Source: Botryllus schlosseri
Lineage: Eukaryota
Direction of reading: 5' to 3'
DNA length: 64,000 nucleotides
NCBI GenBank assembly: GCA_051294905.1
Contig: CM119373.1
Location: 33,976,001-34,040,000 of the forward strand
The number at the start of each line of letters is the position of its first letter. The stretch's first letter is position 1. The notes under the pieces are model-generated. The model did not search any database and was not told the origin of the DNA. It worked only from the letters and a program-made list of their open reading frames with translations. This document shows positions 22,690-34,864 of the stretch, in pieces. Made by a program: the position numbers and the translations under genes.

Positions 22690-23159
22690 CCTCAAACCTC
22701 AAATGCAGTGCTTCGGACAATAATTGGTTTTGTTTGCCAGCGGCTGGATTTTGGGAGAAAGCCAGCAGAAAAGTAATCCAGACCCAGATTACGTAAGATC
22801 AGCGGTGTAACCAATGACTTGCTGTAGCGACCATAAAAAATATTGAAACCTTTCACACATTTAAATTATGCTTTTCGTCTTTTTTATCCCACTCAGTAAC
22901 ATTTTGATTGGCTCAAAGTAACACGTGAGCGCAACACTACAAAATTGAGGGAAATTGGAAAGGAAGGAACACGAAGTCTAAATCAGCTGGGCTTACAGAT
23001 AGTGAGAAAGCGTCATGAACACAGTTTTATAAAACAACGGGTAACAGACAAAAAACTAAAGAAAAGATCCATGCTTTCTCGCAAGATGTATAAAACCCAA
23101 CGCAAGATGTGTGCAAAATCACTAATTTTAAAAATTTGATCCGTTAACGTTTTGTGGCA

Positions 23160-24549
23160 TCACAAGATGATTGCCGAAGCATGGATTCTATTATTCAGAT
23201 ATTCCGGGTCATCACTATGGAAGTCTATCAACGTACTCAACAAATTAGTTTTCGGATTGAACTCGAGGATATCATCGCAGAGCATTTCATCATTGTATCC
23301 ACCACATATGTATATCTTTCCGAGAATAAAATGAGTTTTGAAATCCATTCGCTTCCATCCAGGCTTTTGAACTGGAATTATCGTCCACATACTTTCAGCA
23401 CTGGGTAGCCAAAGAATGTCGGTTGCATACATACAGTTCACAGTTTTTCCGCCAAGAAGGTAGATGGCCTTATTCAATGTACATGCACTTGCATCAGTTC
23501 TCTCAACTGGCAATGATGGTCCATGCGACCAAGTAGATGCTGAAAAGTTGAAACATTACACATCCAGCACAAATTTTGATGAAAATATATCAAAACCACC
23601 AATTGCGTAAAGCTCGTCCTTAGATATCGTGAAGGCAGACGCATCCACAATGGATTGCTTGTTAGGAAGCTTCGACCACTTGTTATTGATAGTGTCATAT
23701 TGGGCCAAAGACTCGATCCGATTATGACTTGCTAAATAAAATTACCCTGATTTACGTGCAACTACTTCACCGTATCGGTATTCTGGTAATGGACGTTCAA
23801 GTTTTATCCAGGGTGAATCATGTTCAAGAAAATTACGACGGTAGAAATCAGAATTGGTATCAATGACATATATGTAGCAGTCCATCACAACTATCGCGTT
23901 AAATCGTGTCATACTATCGTTATAATTGAAACGACGCTGCTCGATCAAAGACATTCTGTCCATGTCAAACCACATAAAACGTTTCACTTTTCCGTTCGTC
24001 ATTATAATGCCAGGTGTGCAGTCACCTTTGTAATCACTGGCTTCTACATCTGATTTCTCAGGTAGTGACTTCATGATGTACATCATGCATTCGGTAGATT
24101 TGGCAACAGTAAGTTGCTGAGATAAAAATTTACGATAGTAGGTAGGAATTTTTTCCAGGTTCATTACATCATAAAGTTGATTGGATCGATCCAAGTTGTC
24201 GTTGAAACAAATCATAGAGGCTTTGCACTTGATAACATCCAACACATTCAAATCTTCAGAGGAAACAAATACTCCATGAAATCGAACTCAAGTTCTTTGA
24301 CATAGGCCGTTTTCATGATCAAATGAAAGTGATCGCGAGCAAAATTTCTGCATTCTTGCTGTAATTGTTGACAAAATTACTTATCAGCAATATGTCAAGA
24401 TCTTTCTCCAGAAAAAGTGAAATGGCATCGCATACTCCATTAATTCCAAACAATTGCGCCACAAACATTAGTTTTTCCGTTTTTCGAATCAGAAAAGAAG
24501 CTTGTCCAGTGTATACATGATTTCAATGCAGGTCCAGAAGATGCTCCAT
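23160..24549 (-). pseudogene. BTB-BACK-Kelch pseudogene type E, copy 1
   Basis: About 230-bp deletion in BTB (junction near 24533), TA insertion, further deletions in BACK, nonsense codons at 23742-23744 and after FVLDV. Kelch blades related to type D. Confidence 0.9.
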
Positions 24550-26002
24550 CACAGTCGACTAGTTCCGAGTCAACCCAAAATATGTAGCTAATTCTAGCAC
24601 TTTGAGATAGGACACCAAATTCCGATTCTGAAAAATCATACACATGGACAGTACAGTCGTGTGCAAGAACGAGTTTGGTCTTGAAGGTATACGAATATTG
24701 GCCTGAATCGAAATTGAAAATAGCTTGGACAGTATATTTCAACAATACTTTCATCATTTTCCTTACAATTGAATACGAGAGAAAGTATATTCAAAGATGT
24801 CAGCGGAAAACAATATCTTAAGGCTTTATAAATTTGAACATGAGTGATCGGGTCACAGTAGATACTATTAGTTGCACAAATGAAAACGTACAGAGCAATG
24901 CACATTCTGTGATTGATGAAATCTAAGAAATGTCAATGCCTTGTTGTGAGGTATGTAATAAAATTCAGGAATACACAGTTGATCCAAAATAGAGAAATTT
25001 GAATAAAATTTGGCTAGCACAGAAAATAACGGCTGAACGCAATGATTGGAGTACTCAAATCGTAATCGAGTATTAATTATATTGATTTGAGTCGAGTTGA
25101 AGATAAAATTATTTCCAGCATTGAAATTACGTGTTCCTAGCCCCTATGAGTAACTTATCAGCAGGAATTATAGTTTTAATAGTGGATGTGAGATATTTAT
25201 GAAGTCACGATCATGATCAACTCACACCACTGCCAAAAAATGCAATGAAACAGGCATGGTAGAAAAATACCGTCTTTGATGTGATGTAGAGATGGCATTG
25301 TATTTTTGCAGTTGCAAGAAACGTACATATTTCAATTTTTCACATCATTCAAACTGCTGTGATATAATTATCAATGATACGTGAATACTCGACTCAGCGC
25401 CTGATGCACGATTCAGAATGACAGGCGCTCGATTCAGAATCGGATCATTCCAGGACTAAATTTCGTTCAGCCATACTGACCAGGTATGTGAAGGTACGAG
25501 AAATGCAAAAACGCTACAACGAAATCAATCCTAAATCATAAATGAAGTACTCAAGGCCATCATTAGTTCTTGTTTGCAAACAGCTGGATTTTGGGAGGAG
25601 CCAGCAAAAAAGGAATCCAAACCCACGTTCTGCAAGATCAGCGATGTAACTAATCATTTTCTGTGGCGAACGAAACAAATATTGAAAACCTTCCGGACAT
25701 TTAATCTGAGCTTTTTGTATCTTTATTCATACAGAGTAACATTTTGATGGGCTCAAAATATCACACGAGTCCAAAACTACCAAATCAAGAGTAATGCGAA
25801 ATGAAGGGTTAAATAGTAAAAATCATATGGACTTACGGATAGTGAATCGAAGAGCCATCCACACAAGTTTACAAAATCACAGATAACGGACGGAAAACTG
25901 AAGGCAGGAGCCATGCTTTCTCGCAAGTTGTATACAAAATCAGGGGCAAGCTATATGCAAAATCACGAATTTAAGAATTTGATCCGTTAACGTTTTGTGG
26001 CG

Positions 26003-27643
26003 TTACAAGATAATTGCCGCTGCGTAGACTTCATGCATATTCAAGTCATGGCTATTCAAGTCCATCACAGTCCTCAACAAATTAGTTTTGGGATTGAACT
26101 CGAGGATACTTTTGCAGCGACTCGGCATCATTTCACCACGGGAATCACCACATACGTATATCTTTCCGCCAATGCAATAAGTACTTAAATTTGAACGCTC
26201 CAATTCAGGTTCTTGTACTGGAATTATCGTCCAAATACTTTCATCACTGGGTAGCAGAAAAATGTCGTTGACATACTCATATTTCACAGTCATTCCACCA
26301 AGAAGGTAGATGGTCTTATTATATGAACATGCACTTGCATTAGCTCTCTCAACTGGTAATGATGGTCCAGCTGACCAAGTAAATGTTGAAAAGTTGAAAC
26401 AATCCACATCCAGAGCAAAGTTTCCAAGATATGAATCAAAACCACCAATTGCATGAAGTTTATCCTGAGATATAGTGTAGGCAGACAAACACAATCTGGA
26501 TTGCTTGTTGGGAAGCTTCGACCACTTGTTATTGATTGTGTCATATTGGGCCAAAGACTCAAGACATGTAAAATATAATATACCGGGCTTACGTGCAACT
26601 ACAGTATGGTATCCAAAAAATGCAGGTTCAAGTTTTCTCCAGGGTGAATCATTTTCAAGAAAATTACGACAGTACAAATCCCACTTGTCATCAACGACAT
26701 ATATGTAGCAGTCCATCACAACTACCATGAAAAATGGCCTCAAACTAACTTCAGCATTGAAATGTCGCTGCTCTGTCAAAGACTCTCTGTCCATGTCAAA
26801 CCACATAAGACGAGAACCATCCTCATTCACTATTATAATATTCGGAGTACAGTCACCTTTGTAATCACTGGCTTCTACATCTGACTTCTCCGGTAGTGAC
26901 TTCATGATGTGCATCATGCATTCGGTGGATTTAGCAACAGTTGGTTGCTGAGATAAAAATTTACGATAGTAGACAGGGATTTTCTCCAGGTCGATATACT
27001 TCAGTAATTCAAAAAGTTGATCAGCGCGATCCAGATCCTCATTCACCCAAATCAATGACGCTTTGCACTTAATAACATCCAACACATGCAAATCTTCAGA
27101 GCATATCAAATCCTCAAGGAAATCGAACTCAAGTTCCTTGAAATCAGCAGTTTTCATGATCGAATGAAAGTGATCACGAGCAAAACTTCTGCATGCTTGC
27201 TGTAATTGTTGACAGGAATATTTATCGGCAATACTTCTGGTGTCGAAAAACGAGTCCACGTCAAGATTTTGATCCAAGAAAAGCGACATTGCATCGCATA
27301 CCTTATTAATTCCAAACAAATGCGCCACATACATTAGTTTTTCTGTTTTTCTAATCAGAAAAGACGCTTGTCCCCGGTACATGATTTCAATGCAGGTCAT
27401 CACACATTCAGGATCTACATGCTTTAAATCAACCATTCCCAACATGTTCTCTTTTGTGTCGTGATTGAGCATCTTAGCAAAATACTCAGAACTTGCGGCA
27501 ATGACGCACTTGTGAACAGAGATCTCCTTTTCTCCCACTTTTATAATGAAGTCGCAATACTGTTGATTGATTCTGAACTCATCAAATTTCGATAGAAGGT
27601 CGAGGGCATGGCCCGACTTGCCAATATCCAGAAGATGTTCCAT
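26003..27643 (-). CDS. BTB-BACK-Kelch protein type C, copy 2, 546 aa
   Basis: Intact ORF with BTB, BACK and Kelch blades. Confidence 0.93.
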   Translation of the reverse strand: MEHLLDIGKSGHALDLLSKFDEFRINQQYCDFIIKVGEKEISVHKCVIAASSEYFAKMLNHDTKENMLGMVDLKHVDPECVMTCIEIMYRGQASFLIRKTEKLMYVAHLFGINKVCDAMSLFLDQNLDVDSFFDTRSIADKYSCQQLQQACRSFARDHFHSIMKTADFKELEFDFLEDLICSEDLHVLDVIKCKASLIWVNEDLDRADQLFELLKYIDLEKIPVYYRKFLSQQPTVAKSTECMMHIMKSLPEKSDVEASDYKGDCTPNIIIVNEDGSRLMWFDMDRESLTEQRHFNAEVSLRPFFMVVVMDCYIYVVDDKWDLYCRNFLENDSPWRKLEPAFFGYHTVVARKPGILYFTCLESLAQYDTINNKWSKLPNKQSRLCLSAYTISQDKLHAIGGFDSYLGNFALDVDCFNFSTFTWSAGPSLPVERANASACSYNKTIYLLGGMTVKYEYVNDIFLLPSDESIWTIIPVQEPELERSNLSTYCIGGKIYVCGDSRGEMMPSRCKSILEFNPKTNLLRTVMDLNSHDLNMHEVYAAAIIL

Positions 27644-27742
27644 CACAGTTGACTAGTTTATAGCCAAAATATATACCTCACTCAAAAACTTTAGAATAAT
27701 ATCTGTAGCCTAACTGTAACATCATACACAAGGTGAGATTAG

Positions 27743-28653
27743 CAGTGTTGGGATCAAGTCACCACCTTCGAGTCACGAGTCATTGCATATTTTGACTCGA
27801 GTCAAGTCAAGTTAATCGATTTTCAAAGGTGACTTGAGTCAAGTCAAGTCACTTGAATGTTGGAGGTGACTCGAGTCAAGTCGTGTCAAGTCAAGTCAAG
27901 TCACAATTCAAGTCAAGTCGCCTTTTCGAAGTATGAGGCATGATTATGTCATTGCATTTTGCTAGCTGTCTGAAATACAGATTAAGTGGTCATTATTCTG
28001 AACTGATGAACGAATATAAATATATACGCAAGATGGTGCTGTATCGCTCACGTATACGTACAGCTGTTGAACTACGTAAGTAATTGCATAGCCTCAGTTT
28101 ATAGTTACCAGCCAAAATAGAGAATAGAGAGACGAATTGTTAAGATGGAATACATTACCAATGTATACATATTGATATGATACGATTCGAATCGACTCCA
28201 ATAATTGAGTAAACTATATTTCAATTCATTTTCAATAAAACAAGAGGTTTGGTTAAGGTAAGAACAGGGAACAGAAATATATATTTTACTATTCAATTAC
28301 TTTACTACTTGTTCACGACAACATAAGTTGTTAACTTCGAACATTTCTTTTGTGGTCAATTTATTTGTGAGTGAACAATGTGAACAACTCAGTAAAACGC
28401 ACCATAATTAAATGATTGGTCGCTCTCACGGTTTACACCAGCGTTTCGCGAACAATCTGAACATATGCAAGATTCATTGATTTTTATCGACACCGATAAT
28501 GTTATGACTTGAAATTGACTCGTGAATTTTTCACCGAGTCATGAGTCAATCAACATTTCTGATATGCCAAGTTAAGTCAAGTCATTTTAGCAAAGTGAGC
28601 GGAGTTAAGTCAAGTCATAGGAAAAAGGTTCGACTCGAGTCATACCAACACTG
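27743..28653. mobile_element. hAT-type MITE (GAGTCAAGTC family), ~910 bp
   Basis: TIR CAGTGTTGG / CCAACACTG; TSD GAGATTAG / GTGATTAG; same family as 20329-21217. Confidence 0.88.
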
Positions 28654-28925
28654 GTGATTAGTTGTACTTTCGGTATCATCATATTCGGAAGAAAATGGAA
28701 TCCCACATGTCATCGATGAATATTATAGGGCAAAGCACATTTTTGGGTCCCAACAAAATCTGAGAAGAAATCCCTTCTTTATTCTACAGAAAGCCAATAA
28801 AACACAGACATGTACAGTGGACACCAAACGATGGCAAAAAGGTACCTACATAGTAACAGGCAAGCCAAATCGTATGGGAAAACTTTTTACAGTAAGTAAC
28901 AAAAACGTACTATAAAATTGTAGTT

Positions 28926-29144
28926 AAAGAGCTTCTTGGAGGTACAGAACTTCAATATACAATTGAATAGTATATTCATAGTGAAATGAACCCGAATATT
29001 TTCGGCTGACACTCCTCAGGGGTAATCGTCAGCAACTAGTAGAGAAATGGAAAGAACATCGTATATCAACAATCGTATCACAAAATATGACATGACATGA
29101 CATATGACACCAGCATGAAAGAGAGAGCGTTCAATGTACTATTT
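28926..29144 (-). mobile_element. Short Penelope-like insertion specific to this copy
   Basis: Absent at the paralogous site ~60095; flanked by TAGTT direct repeats; homologous to 16620-16783 and 31680-31740. Confidence 0.7.
28990..29023 (-). ncRNA. Minimal type I hammerhead ribozyme motif
   Basis: Minus strand ACCC-CUGAGGA-G(UGUCAGC)C-GAAA-AUAUU-C-GGGU: 4-bp stem I, intact core, 1-bp stem II, palindromic AAUAUU helix III, UUC cleavage triplet. Confidence 0.7.
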
Positions 29145-30557
29145 TAGTTTGTGATGCTGAACTATAGTGTCAGGAGAACCGACTTATAGTACTTGAACGA
29201 GTTACACATTTTGAAAATCTTTCCAGCATCCACTAACAAGTAGTGCCGAGCACAATTTTGTTCAGTTCATCAAGAATTTTCATCAATTCAAAACACCACA
29301 AGACTGCGATGCAATGAAAAAGAGGAAGGTCTCGATACGATTTGGTGTAGTCTTTGAAATCAGACACCTACCCAGGCCTAGGCAAAGTAAAGGGAAGGCA
29401 TGCACACTGAACGAAGAGCAAAAGAAGATAATACAAAAAGACGAGCGAAAAAATGAGGTGGCATGTGACGGAATGCGAGATCAATATGTCAGGTCATGGT
29501 CTGGTACACATGAAGGCTGACTAGTATTCATTAAGTAGAAATTGATTGTATTTCGACTTGAATATGGACACACTCGAGGAATGTTGGATTGCAGACTTGA
29601 TGATTCAAGTGCTCTAATCCAAACCCTGTAAAAAATGTTATGATCCGAGTCGAGAAGTGGCAGACGATTAATTTTCGAGTACTGAGATCATACATCGTTT
29701 TGCATTAAAGAATATATCATTAACGACATTTAGAGTGACGATGCTATTTTCTCAACGTAGAAGCGTCAAAACCGGATTCGCAGCACCTAAAACTCATAGC
29801 ACAGAGCCACGCAGGTTGCTGGTGATTAAATTTCCGCCAAGTCATGATCAACCCACAGCATTGTCACAAAGTGAAAAAACACTAAATTATCTATATGAGG
29901 TGTAAAACTGCCCTTATTTTTGTGGCTGCATTATAGGTAGCCTACATGAACATTACCGATGATTATAGTTCTATGATGAAATATTAGGTGATACTTGAAT
30001 ATACACCTGGTGCGCAATCTATTAACTCAGGTACCAAGCCCTACTAACAAGCGTAGAACAAACTTCAAAATTTTTAAGCATGGGTATTATACATGTAGGC
30101 CTTCATGGAACATAGAGCGAGAAATATAGAAATGTAGTATGAAAATACACAAGAAACAAACAGAAAGATAGTATGAAAATGGGCATGTAATGAAAATTGA
30201 TGAGCACATGACGCTACACAGTTGGCTTGCTTGATAATTAAACTTGCTTATCGTGAAGATTTAAATGAATACTGTGATCCTACATGAATCTGTTATCTTT
30301 ATTTCGACAAATTTCCATATACCTCAGCCAAAAGATATCTCTTGCAGTTTTACAGATCTTGCAATTGAATTTAAAGAAAAGGGTTCATGTACCAATACTT
30401 AATGTTAATAACTGTGAAGTTTATGCTCATCGTTTCACTACCAATGTGGTGAAAGTAGAAATGGAATTACCGCTGTATATTTTGCTGAATTACAAATAGA
30501 AGTAGCAATATCCATTATCCAAGACATGTCAAAACAAAAAATGACTGATGACACAAC

Positions 30558-31040
30558 CAGGGTCGTGATGAATCGAGTCGCAAATTTCCGTTAACTGGAC
30601 TTGACTCTTGAGTCATTTTATGTATAGACTCGACTTTTACTACAGTCATTGTGAATGACTCAAACAAGTTATAAGACTAGAGCCTTTATATATGGATTGA
30701 TTCAAGTCTCGTGTAACAGGAACGATACCAGAAAAATAGGCCAAGATCAATTGTTTGTACGTTTATTTAGACATGTTAAGACTTGATAAAAATGAGTTTC
30801 TTTTGAATTGGGGCCTTCGATATCACCGAGGAGCTTTTAAAAAGTCGAGTTGAAGTAGACTTGATCTCGGAACACAGAACTCTATGGCTTGTATTTGAGT
30901 CTCAAGACTATGACTCGACTCAACCATTTTTTCTTTGAGCCGGACTAGGACTTGGGCTGGCGGTGAGTTTTAAATGACTCGACTTCACTCGAGCAAAATC
31001 TCTACAAGTAATATTGACTTGTGACTTGGCTACAACCCTA
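30558..31040. mobile_element. hAT-type MITE (GACTC family)
   Basis: CAGGGTCG... / ...CAACCCTA with perfect TSD GACACAAC. Confidence 0.85.
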
Positions 31041-31195
31041 GACACAACACAGAAGAGTCTTCAAAAATAGAACACGTTGATAAATCTATGCGGTTACTAT
31101 GACAATTTCACTCACAAATGTGGTGCAACTGCAAAACTACAACAATACAGAACTCACGGTGATCTGTATCACGACATGAAGACAATGCCTTATTG

Positions 31196-32258
31196 CAGCG
31201 TTTCTCAACCGGGGGTCCGCGGACCCCTAGGGGTCCGCGAAGCAATTTTAGGGGGTCCGCGGGACCTCTAAATTTTTAAAATGGTTGATAACCTAATTTT
31301 TTATTTCATTTTTTAATTTGAGAAAGCATGAGGCAGTTTCGCACCACAACTGCTAAAGCCTCATGACTCATATCGTCATCATAATCGTCTGACATGGACT
31401 ATCGTAGTGTGGAAACTCATTTTCATTGCCAATTTTTCAATAACCTGCTGATACAAACATATTGCTGTTTGGTCCTTTTTGTTGGCGTTTGTGGAAAAAA
31501 TAAAAATATGGAGATAGTAACGCCAGTCAGGGTGACTTCGTAATGTCTGCGAAACCTTCTCGATTTGAAGTTGTCAGTCTCATCAAATTAGTGAACAGTC
31601 GTTTGAAATAAAATTTCTGAAGTATTTCCATAATTTGTCCCAATGCAGGGAACAGCTTCTTGGAGGTAGAGAACTTTAATACACAATTGCATAGTATATT
31701 CATATTGAAATGAACCCGAAAATTTTCGGCTGACACTCGTAATAAATCAGACAATGATATACGTGCTCTTAAAGCTCGGCTATCAGATTTGGCTCATTCT
31801 TATTGCGGATGCCATATCGACAAGGCTGGTGTTTTGATGAACAAGGAGTGTTTCGTTGCTATCAAAGCATTACGCTCCAACCCTGAAATTCATATCACCA
31901 TTGTATGAAGCCTTGTCTAGTTAATGTTCAATTGTACATGGTCGAAAATGTTTGCTCGTAAATATATATGTACAGAACAAGTCGTTTCATGACAGTCTTT
32001 CTCTGGTAGGAAAACTTGGATCCATTCTTCGGAGCATAAAGTTTGTCTATAATACTTTTAGATGAGGATTTCACTTTGACGGTAGAAACTCTCTGCGGGC
32101 CGATCTAAATGCCGTCGCGGGCTGAATCCGGCCCGCGGTCCGTATGTTGCCCATCCCTGCGCTAGATGCCAGACGTGATATGTTGATAAAATATGTGTTT
32201 CTTCATTTTGGTGCCATAAATGTTGCGATCACACCAAAAGTATCGTCGGAAGCGTTAT
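31196..32258. mobile_element. hAT/Charlie-type element, right end deleted
   Basis: CCTTATTG + CAGCGTTTCTCAACC; matches 62095-63138, then fuses into the Kelch D coding sequence. Carries a nested hAT right end (GTTGCCCATCCCTG, ends 32159). Confidence 0.88.
31750..31899 (+). mobile_element. Penelope-like reverse-transcriptase N-terminal fragment inside the hAT element
   Basis: Translates to DNDIRALKARLSDLAHSYCG...KECFVAIKALRSNPEIHIT, resembling the AIKxLRxNxxIxITKxDKG region of Penelope-like RTs. Confidence 0.6.
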
Positions 32259-33478
32259 TTTGATGAAAATATATCAAAACCACCAATTGCATAAAGCTTA
32301 TCCTCAGATATAGTGAAGGCAGATACATCCGCAATGGATTGCTTGTAAGGAAGCTTCGACCACTTGTTATTGATTGTGTCATATTGGGCCAAAGACTCGA
32401 TCCCATAACGACTTGCTAAATAAAATTTCCTTGATTGATGTGCAACTACTTCACCGTATCGGTATTTTGGTAACGGACGTTCAAGTTTTATCCAGGGTTC
32501 ATCATTTTCAAGCAAATTACGTCGGTAAAAATCGGAATTGGTATCAATGACATATATGTAGCAGTCCATCACAACTATCGCTTTAAATCGTGTTATACTA
32601 TCGTTATAATTGAAACGCCGCTGCTCGATCAAAGACATTCTGTCCATATCTAACCACATAAAACGTTTTACTTTTCCGTTCGTCATTATATTGCCAGGAG
32701 TGCAGTCACCTTTGTAATCACTGGCTTCTACATCTGATCTCTCAGGTAGTGACTTCATGATGTACATCATGCATTCACTGGACTTGACAACAGTTGGTTG
32801 CTGAGATAAAAATTTACGATAGTAGACGGGTATTTTTTCCAGGTCGATGTGCTTCAGTAAATCAAACAGTTGATCAGCGCGATCAAAGTCCTCATTAACC
32901 CAAATCATCGACGCTTTGCATTTAATAACATCCAACACATGCAAATCTTCCAGGAAATCAAACTCAAGTTCCTTGAAATAGGATGTTTTCATGATCGAAT
33001 GAAAGTGATCGCGAGCAAAACTTCGGCATGCTTGCTGTAATTGCTGACAGAAATACTTCACAGCAATATACCGGGTATCGAAAAACGAGTCTACATCAAG
33101 ATTTTCCTCCAGAAAAAGTGACATTGCATCGCATACTTTATCAATTCCAAACAATTGCGCGACATACATAAGTTTTTCCGTTTTTCGAATCAGAAATGAC
33201 GCTTGTCCAGTGTACATGATTTCAATGCAGGTCAGCACACATTCAGGATCTACATTCCTTAAATCAACTATTCCCAACATGTTCTCTTTTGTGTCGTGAT
33301 TGAGCATCTTAGCAAAATACTCAGAACTTGCGGCAATGACGCACTTGTGAACAGAGATCTCCTTTTCTCCCACTTTGATAATGAAGTCGCAATACTGTTG
33401 ATTGATTCTGAACTCGTCAAATTTCGATAGAATGTCAAGGGCATGACCCGTTTTGCCAATATCCAGAAGATGCTCCAT
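32255..33478 (-). pseudogene. BTB-BACK-Kelch type D, 3'-truncated (407 aa), stop supplied by the hAT element
   Basis: ORF ends GFDIFSSK* at the junction. An 18-bp in-frame deletion in BACK (LEDLICSEDLH -> LEDLH). Confidence 0.88.
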
Positions 33479-34864
33479 CACAGTCGACTAGTTCCGGGTC
33501 AACCCAAAATATATAGCTAATTCAAAAACTTTGAGATAGGACACCTAAATCTGATTCTGAAAAATCATACACATGGTCAGTACAGTCGTGTGCAAGGATG
33601 AGTTTTGTCATGAAGGCATATGAACGCAAAATATCTTGGACACAATACTTCCATCATTTTCCTTACAAATGTAGATGGGAGAAACTATCTTCATATACGT
33701 CAGCGAAAAACAATATTTTTCAGCTATACAAATTTGAATATGAATGATCAGGTCACAGTAGATACTATTAGTTGCACAAATGATAACCTACAGAGCAATG
33801 CACATTCTTTGACTTGATGAAATCTGAGAAATGTCCATGCCTTGTTCTACGGCATATTATAACATTCAGGAATACACGGTTGATCCGAAATACAGAGAGT
33901 TTGCATAAAATGGCGCTAGCACTGAAAAGAAGGGCTTGGCACAATGATTTGAGTACTCAAATCTGAATCGAGTAATAATGCTAATGATTCGGGACAAGTA
34001 GTGAGATACGTCGGTTCAAGTACTGAAATTACCTGTTCCTGGTCGCTATGTGTAATTTATCATCGGGAATTATAGTTTTAATAGTGGATATGGGAAAACT
34101 GTGAAGCCACATCTTGTTCAACTCACACCGTTGTCAGAATGGCATGGTGAAAAAAACATGTATAATCTTTAATGTGTTGTAGAGCTGGCAATGTATTTTT
34201 GTGGTCGCCTGAAACGAACATATTAGAATTTTTCACATCATTCATACTTCTGTGATATTATTATTAGTGATACTTGAATACTCGACTCGGCAATAAATAC
34301 TCGATTAAGCACCAAATCATTCCAGCACGGCACTCAATTTCCCCCTACTAAGAAGGCATGTGATGGTGCAAGGAATGCAAACCGCTGCATCGAGATCAAT
34401 CCTAAACCTCAAATGCAGTGCTTTGGACTATCATTGGTTTTTGCTTGCCAGCGGCAGCATTTTAGGAGAAAGCCAACAGAAACGTAATCTAGACCCACGT
34501 TCTGCAAGATCTGCGGTGTAACCAATAATATGCTCTGGTGACCGAAACAAATATTGAACATCTTTCGGACATTTACCTTCAGTTTTTTGTGTCTTTGTTC
34601 CCACACAGAAACACTTTCATTGGCTTACAATATCATTTGAGTGCAACACGACAAAATCAAGGCGATTGCGAAAGTAAGGATTAAAAAAATTAATTAGATG
34701 GGCTTACGGATAGTGAGAAAGAGTCATGCACACAGTTTTACAAAACGACAGATCACAGACAGAAAACTAAAGGCAAGAGCTATGCTTTCTCACATGATGT
34801 ATATAAAATCAGGGGCAAGCTATATGTAAAATCACAAATTTTTATTCGTGTACGTTTTGTGGCG

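Larger units (their letters stand above)
12110..32258 (+). repeat. Segmental duplication block matching ~42868-63138
   Basis: Colinear B, ZF-B, E, C and spacers; offset ~30.8-31.2 kb, shifting by the sizes of the copy-specific TE insertions. Confidence 0.95.
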
